DNA of 64,000 bases from the human T2T-CHM13v2.0 reference genome, Homo sapiens, in the NCBI RefSeq assembly GCF_009914755.1, contig NC_060946.1; one strand, given 5' to 3'. The position numbers and the translations under genes are program-made. This document shows positions 39,198-49,435 of this stretch, piece after piece. Each line of letters starts with the position of its first letter. Position 1 is the first letter of the stretch. The notes below the pieces were generated by a model. It was not told the origin of the DNA and ran no database searches. It worked only from the letters and a program-made list of their open reading frames with translations.

Positions 39198-42100
39198 AAG
39201 TCTTTTGGATTTTCCTTGACTGAGAGCCTAAATCGCTCCTTCAATCTCATTAGTTGTCATTGGTGTGTTCACATTTTCTATTTCTTCTTTCTTCAATTTT
39301 GATAGGTTATATGTGTCCAGAGCGTACGTATTTCTTCTAAGTTTTTCAATTTATTGGCATATAATTGTTTGTAGTACTTACTCATGGTTCCTTATATTTC
39401 TCTAGAGTCTATCATAGTATATCCTTTTTCATCTCTGATTATATGTGAATTTTCTCTTTTTTTCTTAGTCTGACAAAACATTTGTCGTTTACCTTTTCAA
39501 AAAAGATTCCTTCATTTAATTAGTCGTTTGTATTTTTTATCTTCATTTTGTATATTTGTGCTCTGATCTTTATATTCTTTCGCTAATTTGGGTCTTAGTT
39601 TGTTCTTGATTTTATACTTCCTTGAAATACATTGTTAGATGATTTATTCATTATCTTTCTTCCTTATTGATGTAGAAATGCATTGCTATAAACTTTCCTC
39701 TAAGGACTGTTTTGCTGTATTTCATAAGTTTTCATATGTTCTGATTTCATTTTTATTTGTCTTAAGACATTTTTAAAATTAAATTTTTTTTCATTGACCC
39801 ATTGGTTGTTTAAGGATATGTTGTTTAATTTGTATGTATTTGCACAATTTCTGAATTTCCTCCTGTTGTTTATTTCTAGCTTTATTCCATGTGGTTTAAA
39901 AAACACGATATGATTTGATTTTTTGATTAGCTAAGACTTGTTTTGTGGTCTAACATATCTATCATGGACAATAGTCCATATGCAGGTGAAAAGACAGTGA
40001 ATTATGCAATTGTTGGATGAAATGTTATGTAAATAACTGTTAAATTCTTTTGATCTAGAGTGCAGTTTAAATGTTTCTTTGTTGACATTCTCAATGATCT
40101 GTTCATTGCTGAAAATGGGATGTCGAGGTTTCTTACTATTATTGTACAGTTTTTTTGTCTCTCCTTTTAGATCTATTAATGTTTGCTTTATATATTTAGG
40201 TTCTCCAAAGTTGAGTGCATTATATATTTACAATTATTGTATTCTCTTGTTGTACTGACCCTTTTATTATTACATAATGGCCTTGTTTGTCTGTGTTTAC
40301 AGTTTTTTTACTTGAGGTCTATTTTATTTGATATAAATATAACTACTTCTGCATTCTTTTGATTTCCATTGTCATGAAATATATTTTTCCATCTGATCAC
40401 TTTCAATTTATGAGTGTATTTACAGGTGATGGGAGTCTGTTGTAAAAAGAATATAGTTAGGTCTTGTTTTTAATCCATTTACCCATTCTCTGTCTTCTTA
40501 CTGGATAATTTAATCTATTTACATTCAAGGTAATTATTGATAGATAAGGACTTGTACTGCCATATACTGTTTTCTTGTTGTCTTTTAGAATTTTTGTACC
40601 TTTTTTTCCCTTTGTTGTCTTCCTTTGTAGTTAAGTGATTTTCTCTGTGTGTTTTTGTTTCTTGTTCTTTTATTTTTAGTGTATCTAATAAAAATGTTTG
40701 CCTTTTGGTTACTTTGAGGCATGCGAAGAATATTTTATGGTATCAATAGGTAATTTTGAATGGATAACAGCTTAATTTTGATAATAAGAAATGGGGAAAA
40801 GCAATCACCCTGCTCTTTAACTCAATCACTCCCCCATATTTTGCATTTTTGATGTCTTAATTTACATCTTTTACATCACTTATCCCTTAACAAATTATTG
40901 TAGTTGTTATTATTTTTGTTTTGTATTTTAACCTTCGTGCTAAAAACATGTAAGTGGCTTACATTCACTCTTTACTATATTAGAGCATCCAGAATTTGTC
41001 TGAATATTTATTTTTACCTGTGGATTTATACCTTCCAATTTTTTGTATTACATATTAGTGCCCTTTTCTTTCAGTTTGAAGACTGTTCTTTAACATTTAT
41101 TTTAAGGCAGGTATGGTTACAATGAATTCCTTCATCTTTTGTTTGTCTTAGAATGTTTTAACCTCTCCTTCATTTCTAAATGAGAGCTGTGCTGGATACT
41201 GTATTCATGGTTGACAATTTTTTTCTTCAGCACTTGATTCTATTATCCTACTCTCTCCTGGTCCATATTGTTTCTGCTGAGAAGTCTGCTGCCAGGCACA
41301 TTGGAATTCTCTTGTGTGTTATATGCTTCCTTTTTCTTAGTGCTTTCAGGACCTACTCCTTTTTTTTGACGTTTGAAGATTTAATTATAATAGATCTTGT
41401 GGTTGTCTTATTCAGATTAAATCAGATTAGTGAGCTTTGGCCATCCTAAACATCTTAATCCTTCTCCAAGTTTAAAAAGTTGTCTGTTATTTCTCTGAAT
41501 AAGCTTCTAACTTTTTTTCATTCTTAGTTCCACTTTAACATTGTAGATTTGTTTTTTTGATGGTGTCCCATGGATCTCATAAGTTTTCTTTGTTTCTTCT
41601 CATTTTTTTCTCTTTTCTAGTCTGACAGTGTATTTTCAAAGAGACTGTCTTTGAGCTCACTGCTTTTTTTCTTCTACTAGATCAGTTCTGCTCTTGATGC
41701 CCTGTAGCGCATTTTTCAGTTTGTTTACTGAACTTTCCACCTCCAGGATTTCCATTTGATTTTTTTCCATTATTTTAAATTCTTTGTTGAATTTCTCCTA
41801 AATTTCCATATTGTTTCTCTGTACTTTGTTGAAATGCACAGATTTTTCTTTTTTAAAAAAAACAGCTATTTGAATTTTTTTGTCTGCCACATGATTCATT
41901 TGCATGTCTTTAGGTTCAGTTGCTGACACCTTGTTTTCTCCATTTGGTGAGGCAGTTTTTCCTAGGCTATTCTTATTTTTTGAAGATGTACATCTCCATC
42001 TACACATTGATGAATTAAATATTTATTTCAATCTTCTCAGTCTGGGATTGTTTTTGACTGTTTCTCAGTGGGCTTGTTTAGAAATTCTGTGTGGATTTAC

Positions 42101-43277
42101 ATTATATTCCATTTTAGCATTAGGAGGTGCCCAAAGCAAAGGTTAGACATAAGTCTTGCAATGGGGCTTCACCACTGATGCAATGTAACTGGATGGGCCC
42201 ATGGGTGATCCACAGAAAGGCTGCTGTCTGTTGGGGGAGAACAAGTCAGGCCATCAAATCTGGACAGTCTGTGTATCCTGTATCCCACAGCGTGGTGCCC
42301 ATAAACAACCTATCTGTTATAATGTTTCCTCTGGTAGGAATGGCTAGCCACTGCTAAGTTTCATATAGTAAGTATTGTTAACCCTATCCCTTCTCTATGT
42401 CCCTAGCATGCCTCTGGTGGTTAAGCTCTGTTGACACTCATGGTGCTTCTTGTGGGCTGATGCAGGAGTGAGTCTACTGTGAAGGCACTCAGTATGGTGG
42501 AAAAAATATTCAACTTCTGCTCACTTTATTCAGTGTAAGAACTGTGAGTTCAAGAGGACTTTCTGCATATAATACCATTATGTCCTGGGGGAGGAGTATC
42601 ATAGTCACAGGGTACTGTTTCCCTTACTGTCCAAGCATGGTTTTACTCCTCTTTACAGTCCAAAGGGGCTTCATAGACTCACTCATGTATTCAGGGTTCA
42701 TTAGTTCTTGTAAAGGTAATTTCATATGTGGATAGTTGTTCATATAGATGTGTCCGTAGGCATATGATTATTGGAGAGGTCGACTCCACTACCTTGCTCT
42801 GCCCAAATCCTTCCTCTTTCCAACAAGAGTTTGCCACCTCCTATTTTTCTTTTTTCTTAACCAAACTAAGTTTAGCCTTTTAATCCTTCACCCTCCTCCA
42901 CTTCTAATGCCATTGCTTCTTTGTATGTTTATTGTATTTTCCATGCTATATGACTTTCAGCTGGTTATTTACAGTATGTAAATTTTAATATCCTGTAAAA
43001 GAGGGATAGTAATAGCATCCATTTGATAGGGATGTTAAAGATATTAAATGACACTGTCCATGTTAAATAACTTTTTGAGATATATTGAGATGTTTCTGTA
43101 CTTCCTTGTTCTGGCCCTCTTGTTGAACCAGAGGAATCTATTGACATGAAAAGCAATAAAACTGTGATAGTAGAAATTAAAAGTGAGGAGGAACTTATTT
43201 AAAAATCATCATTCTCCTTTTCAATGCAAAAATAAGAACTAGAAACTTTTTTAAAAACATTTTTAAGTTAAATTTAC

Positions 43278-43480
43278 TTTTTATTTATTTATTTATTATG
43301 CTTTAAGTTCTGGGGTACATGTGCAGAATGTGCAGTTTTGTTACATATGTATACACGTGCCACAGTGGTTTGCTGCACCCATCAACCCGTCATCCACATT
43401 AGGTACTTCTCCTAATGCTATACTTCCCATAGCCCCCCATCCCCTGACAATTCCCAGTGTGTGATGTTCCCCTCCCTGTG
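43278..43480 (-). mobile_element. Short L1PA 3' end
   Basis: ttattatgctttaagttctggggtacatgtgcag...gtgtgtgatgttcccctccctgtg. Confidence 0.9.
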
Positions 43481-43619
43481 TAGGCAGTAGTCCAAAGTAA
43501 TAACTTATGGAAGATAACTTGGGTTTTTTAATCTTAAAGTGTTCTTTTATATATTCAAGGGTCGAGATTGGCTGCCTTGAATTCTACTAAAATTTCAATG
43601 TAAGTTTTAGAGAGGGAGG

Positions 43620-43990
43620 AAAGAGTCAAAGAAAAAATTGCACTGGAAAAAGTTAAATAAATAAAGAAGATATTATTCAAGCTATTGCAATACGGGAGAG
43701 AGGCCAGACCTAGTCTGATCTCAGCTCCCCTGATACAAAGGGCCGTGGATTTTTTGAAAGTGAGGGTAAGGGGGCGATCATAGGCCACCTGTCTTTGCTA
43801 ACTGTCTTTTCTCAAAGGAAAAATAAACTTTCTTTTATCTTTATGATATAAGGTAATTTTTACAACTTGGAGCAAGATTAGGCTCTTAGTCTCTCATGGA
43901 TACTGGGAAATAAGGTATTATCTTTCTGGAGGACTACATTTGAAAGAGATGGCTCCCAGATCCTTGAAAAAGGAAATTTTCTGCTTACAA
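43620..43990. mobile_element. ERV1-class LTR relic (MER31-like)
   Basis: ttattcaagctattgcaatacgggagagaggccaga...aaagagatggctcccagatccttga; subfamily uncertain. Confidence 0.5.
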
Positions 43991-44258
43991 ATTACACATG
44001 CCACTTCTACCTGCATTTCACTGGCCAAACAAGTCACATGTCTAAATCTGACCCTTCCTTCAATAGGACAGAAATGTATAATCTTCTAGGAGATAGGGCC
44101 ACTGCAGTAGGAAGACCAGATAATGGGAGAATGGTAATATAATCTATCACAATGACCACAGTGAAAACGTTAGTAATCCCCAGGGTTAAACCAAGTCTTC
44201 TTGGACACTTAGGTTGATTCTAGGCTATTGTCAATAGAGGAATAACAAAAAATAAAGA

Positions 44259-45157
44259 GAATAGCCCATTTATTTTTTGCAGAGAAGCTAGACAATTCAC
44301 AGTAACTTATGGTCTAGACAATTTTATTTCTTGATCAGCACAACTCTTTATAGATGCCTGTGATCCAAAAATGTGGATTCCTAATCGTCCCCAAAAAGAA
44401 GGGATACTCTGCAAGGCAACCTGGGAGGGAGTTTAGGATTGTTCTGAGGCAGTGAAAGCCATTGAGATTCACATGTAAGAGGGTAGAGAAAGGAAATCCA
44501 CATGTTTTGATCCCTCCGTGTGCTGGATATAACTTGGTCTTCATTACATTGCACCACCTTTGGTGTCAGAGAGAACTGGATTTGAATCCCAGTTCCATCA
44601 CTCATTATGATTTGATGGTGAATGTGTTTTTAACTCGTCTGAGCCTCAGTTTGCTCATCTATAAAAGATGGGATTGTTATGAGACTTGCATAAGGTAAGT
44701 GTTTAAAAATCTGGGAATTATCCCTGTAATTTAAAAGATGGGGTTGTGATAAGGCTTCAATAAGGTAAGTGTGTAAAAATCTGGACACAATGTTACTAAT
44801 TTTGTAGGTTTTCAATATATAGAGAAGGAGGATTATTTTCCTCTCATTTAAATTTTAGAACAAGTTTATAAAATTAGTATTGTTCATATTTTTGAGATAA
44901 TCAAAGGATCAGTAGGTTTAAATAAATCACCATAGTCACAAAGCAGTTCACAATATATTAACTGGATAATTGCTAGTGAAAAGTAGCAATGATGGTCACA
45001 TTGAAAATCTTGTGTTAGGTGGTGGTTTTCTCTTGCATAAGCCTCTTCATTTGTTGAAACCATAGATTCTAAGTTTGCTCTATCAAAGTGATCATTAGAA
45101 AAATATAAGGTACTTAGTGTATAAATTTTAGAAAATTTCCTTTTTAGTCCTGTTAAT
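44259..45157 (+). repeat. Direct repeat copy 1 (~0.9 kb, contains a MIR)
   Basis: Colinear with 46815-48134 at roughly 80% identity by eye; start offset 2556 bp. Confidence 0.92.
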
Positions 45158-45439
45158 TTGATTGAATATGTGCATTTTGAATTATGAATATAAATATGAA
45201 TACGTATGACATATGAAATATGACTTGACATCACAGAGTAACCTTAGATCGTGGTAATGTTTTATTCTGAAAGCACCTGCAGAAATGTATCTTCTTTCTA
45301 GTTTCCAAAAAACTCAGAGGCCATGGGGGAAGAGGGGACTTTGGCTGTCAGATAGTGCATGAGGTACATTAGGATACAGTAATTCCATCATAATTCATAT
45401 TCATAATTCACAGTGAGAAAACCTGAAAGTTGCTACAAA

Positions 45440-45743
45440 CTACCAATAAATGAAAGGTGGGGCGGGGTCGCTGGGGGGCGCGGCTTTGTGACCCACTGCC
45501 TGGACTCCCAAGTCACAAATGGAAGGGCAGCGCTTGGAAGGAACTCAAGGCCTGATTGGTTCTTCCTAAGCAGGACACGATCTGGTTGGCAGGGCAACCG
45601 GCCTTCAGTTGGTGGCCTTCAGTGGGTGCCTTAAGTTGGTGGCATTTGGTTGCCTTTCCTGGAGAGAGGTGGCAGGTGCTCAGCTCTGCAGACGTGGGGG
45701 CAAGTGAAGGCCCAAGCTGCCTCGAGAAGAGCAGAGGTGCCCC
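45440..45743 (+). promoter_or_regulatory. Putative promoter/5' UTR of the cyclin Y-like remnant
   Basis: CCAAT 45443-45447, GC box GGGGCGGGG 45459-45467, inverted CCAAT 45555-45559, three ~14-bp GCCTTCAGTTGGTG-like repeats 45601-45641. Confidence 0.55.
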
Positions 45744-46097
45744 ATGGGGACCACGATGACAGGTCGCATGTGCACCGAAGCCAGCCCCCGGCAGGGCCAG
45801 CGCAGGGGTTCTGCAGGGCCGTCCTGTGGCTCTGATATCTATGAATGGGCGGCCAGCAAAGGCACAGGCACCAGCAGAAAGGAGCAGAGACGTCCAGAAC
45901 ATGCTGTCCCCCAATGCCAGCCCCAAGCGAGGCCAGCTTAGGGTGCGGTGGGCAGAGCCATCCTGCAGCTCTGAGATCCACGAGGTGGAGGTGGAAGTAG
46001 TGCCAGGCTCCACTGCATTGGAGCTCGCACAATTTGAGCCCAATTTGATTCCGGAGCCATGACCTGTAGCACATTGGCGACCAGAAGACGCCCAAAG
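45744..46097 (+). pseudogene. Decayed cyclin Y-like (CCNYL1/CCNYL2/DRICH1-family) exon 1
   Basis: Across three frames: MGTTMTGRMCTEASPRQGQRRGSAGPSCGSDIYEWAAS / LSPNASPKRGQLRVRWAEPSCSSEIHEVEVEVVPGSTALELAQF / DSGA / HDL*HIGDQKTPK, then phase-1 donor AAG|GTAGGG. Matches recalled CCNYL1 MGNTLTCCVSPNASPKLGRRAGSAELYCASDIYEAVS...VEPAELDFGEGEGHHLQHISDREMPED. Confidence 0.75.
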
Positions 46098-46561
46098 GTA
46101 GGGAGGCGACAGACACCGCTTGGCCTCAGGAGCTCCTCTGGCCGTTGCTGAACCAAGGTTCCCCTAGAGACATCCACAGCCTGGGGCTCCTCCCTTCTTC
46201 ACCTAGTTCCTTTCCTAGGCCCAGGCCCCAAGCATGAGGACTGGCTCTGCCTGGGGTCTCCATCCCTTCGTCTTTCCCTGTTGCATCCAGCTGGTTTCTT
46301 TTCCCCTCCATACCCATATGCCCAGTTCTGGGCCCTCTTCTTCTTCCTAGAGGCTGGCCAAAAACTAAGTTTTCAAAATACAAAATGGATGCTACAGATT
46401 TCGTTGTTGTAGAGGAAATGTCTGACAGCTCTTGTATTTAAATTTAAGTAGCTACACTAGGACTCACAGTTTCATATCTTGAGTTCTAGACCAGAGCTCT
46501 CTACCCTAAAGCAACGGCAAGGGGTTAGAGGTACTCTTCTTGATTCTAATAATAAAAAATG

Positions 46562-46688
46562 ATTTTTTTGTAGGGACAAGGTGTCACTGTGTTGCCCAAG
46601 CTGATCTCAAACCCCTGGCCTCAAGTGATTCACCCAACTTGGCCTCCCACACTGCTGGGATGACAGGCAAGAGCAACCACACCTGGTC
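46562..46688 (-). mobile_element. Alu monomer (FLAM-like)
   Basis: tttttttgtagggacaaggtgtcactgtgttgcccaagctg...gagcaaccacacctggtc. Confidence 0.8.
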
Positions 46689-46814
46689 ATTGGAGGTGCT
46701 CTTGCTTTGTGTGTTTGGGCTAGTCTTCAGGCGCAGCTGTCAGTAAGATGCTCCTGCCGTATAGTTATATGTCTTTCTGCACAGATTCAGTGGATCCTGT
46801 GATTTTTTTACATG

Positions 46815-48134
46815 GAATAGCCCCTTTATTTTTTGCAGAGAAACTAGACAATTCACGTAACCTATGGCCTAGAAAATTTTATTTCTTTATCAACACAACT
46901 CTTTGTAGATGCTTGTGGTCCAAAAATGCAGATTCCTAATAATCCCCACGAATAAGGGGGCCATTGCAAGGCAACCTGGGAGGGAGTTTAGGATTGCTCT
47001 GAGGCAGTGAAAGCTATTGAAATTCCCACATGAGGGGGCAGAAAAGGGAATCCACATGTTTTGATCCCTCCATGTTCTGGGTGTAACTTTGTCCTCGTTA
47101 AATTGCACCATTTTTGGCATCAGAGAGAACCGGATTTGAATCCCAGTTCCATCTCTCATTATGATTTGATGGTGAATGTGTTTTTAATTCGTCTGAGCCT
47201 CAGTTTGCTGATCTACAAAAGATGTGATTGTCACGAGGCTTCCATAATGTACATGTGTAAAAATCATGGCAAAATGCTTGTAATTTAAAAGAGAGGGTTG
47301 TTAGGAGACTTCTTTCAGGTAAGTATGTAAGAACCTGGACACAATGCCTATAATTTTGTAAGTGTTCAATATATGGAGAAGGATGATTATTTTTCTTTAA
47401 TTTAATTTTTAGAGCAACTTTATAAAATTGGTGATACTCACATATTTGAGATAATCAAACCAAGGATCAGAAAGACTAAATAAATCACCATAGTCACAAA
47501 GCAGTTCACAATACATTTACTGGATAATTTCTAGTTAAAAGTAGCAATGATGATCACATTGAAAATCTTGTATTATCTGGTGGTTTTCTCTTACATAAGC
47601 TTCTTGGAATTTAGTAAGATAAGTTGCAGCTCAAAAAGCAGATCCGTAGAATATTTTGTTCCAGAGATTATAGTGGGAGCCAAAGTATTGCATGAGTTTC
47701 GTTGGGAACAAGGTGTAGGCTGAGAATCTAAGCAAACTTCAGTTGGTGGTTTTCAGTTGGTGGGCAGTGGCAGAAGGAGGAGGAGCTCCGTCTGTGCTCT
47801 CTCTTCCCCCAGTCACAGCCCTCAGGCTTGTTGCATCCAGGCCCTTCTAAGTTAAACCAGACAGGTTGACAGGTTTATTTAGCATTTAGCAGACAAGTCA
47901 GCTCAGGGTAGGTGGGTGAGGTGGGGTGTGGGCTGCTAGTATAGTGCCACACTTTGACCCAGGGCTGCCTGTACCCATGGGGCTATTCCATATATTTTAT
48001 ATATATATGCTTGTTGGTTTATTAAAACCATAAAAAACATAGATTCTAAGTTGCTCTATCAACGTGATCATTAGAAAAATGTGATGTACTTAGTGTGTAA
48101 ATTTTAGAGTATTTCTTCTGTTAGTCTTGTTAAT
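46815..48134 (+). repeat. Direct repeat copy 2 (with 410 extra bp)
   Basis: Colinear with 44259-45157 except for an additional segment at about 47606-48015. Confidence 0.92.
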
Positions 48135-48249
48135 ACTCAATTCTTTTCTAAAACACCTAGCCCAAATCTCCATAGGTTTTAATCGAATTGTATTATAATT
48201 TGGATTTTCTGGTCTGCCTATCTTCCAAATAATAAAGTTCTTAAAATTA

Positions 48250-48728
48250 ATTTTCTATTGCTGCCATAACAAATTACCACAACTTTGTGGCTTAAATCAA
48301 AGACTTACAACCCTATAGTTCTGTAGGGAAGACCTCTGACTGTGGTCTTACTGGGCTTAAGTCAAGCTGTTGTCAGGGCTGTATTGCTTTCTGGAGGCTC
48401 TAGAGAGAATCCATTTCCTTTTCTGACTTTTAGATGCTGTCCCTATTCCTTGGATCATGGGACCATCCCTCCATCTTCAAAGCCAGTAAAGTGGGATGTC
48501 TGTGACCATTGTTCTGTAGTCATATCACCTTCTGACTGTAGCTAGGAAAGATTCTCTGATTTTATAGACACATGCAATTAGATTGGCCCCCAAGATAATC
48601 AAGGATAATCCCCCTAACTCAAGGGTTAATCACATCTCCAAAGTCCCTTTTGCCCCATGTAAAGTAATATGGTCACAGATTCCAGGGACTAGAACATCTT
48701 TATGGTGTCATTATTTTGGCTGTCACAA
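48250..48728 (-). mobile_element. MLT1C/D-like MaLR LTR
   Basis: ttttctattgctgccataacaaattaccacaac...gtcacagattccagggactagaacatc...ctgtcaca. Confidence 0.8.
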
Positions 48729-49048
48729 AGGCAAAGTCTTGGACTTATGCATATCTAGATTTTCTTTGCTTAATTTCAGAGCCTAGAACACATTAGACTC
48801 TAAATAAATGTGAATGAGTGATAAATATTATATTTACAGATTGCTGCCACAATACAATTCTGTCCTCCCACTGGTGGTGGAATCCTATGTACTTTTTACC
48901 ATCTCCATTTTGCATTCAGACTAAACATGGCTATGTTATTCCTTTCACCTGAGTGATTTGAAACCATCTCTCTATTTCTATTTGTAGAGATCTTATCTAT
49001 CAAGCCCTTCTCAAATGCCACTTCAAAAAACTTTTTTTAATCCCCAAT

Positions 49049-49435
49049 TGTCTTAGTCAATTTATGCTCTTACAACAAAATAACGCAGACTAGGCAATTT
49101 ACGAAAACCAGACATTTTTCTGTCATAGTTCTGGAGACTAGGAAGTCCAAGATCAAGGCGTTGGCAGGTCTGATGTCTGGTAAGGGCTGTTCTCTCCATT
49201 CAAGATGATGTCTTGATGCTGCATCTTCCAGAGACAAGGAACACTGTGTCCTCACATAGTGGAAGGCGGGAGGGCAAGAGGGATGAACTCCTTCCATGGA
49301 ACCCTTTCATGAGGGCTCCTAAACCCATTCCTGAGGTAGGAGTCCTGATGGCCTCATCACTTCCTGTAGGCTCCACCTCAACACTATCACATTGTCAACA
49401 CTGAATCTCGGAGGAGGCACAGTGAAACCACAGCA
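49049..49435 (-). mobile_element. MLT1A/MSTD-like MaLR LTR
   Basis: tgtcttagtc...gttctggagactaggaagtccaagatcaagg...aaaccacagca. Confidence 0.82.

Larger units (their letters stand above)
36100..42790 (-). mobile_element. Long degraded L1MA-type element
   Basis: Continuous T-rich antisense L1 3' UTR, ORF2 and ORF1-like sequence. Minus-strand ORFs such as 39700..39906 (GIKLEINNRRK...LNNQWVNE) are ORF2 remnants. Confidence 0.85.

Noticed and set aside
45513-46116. Long minus-strand ORFs of 176 and 161 aa
   Set aside because: Non-ATG starts, no recognisable family, and antisense to the cyclin Y-like exon in GC-rich, stop-poor DNA.
45938-46177. Minus-strand ORF ending MALPTAP, like the DUX4 N-terminus (MALPTP), near an FRG1 copy
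   Set aside because: A stop follows immediately, there is no homeodomain or D4Z4 sequence, and the + strand is better explained as a cyclin Y-like exon.
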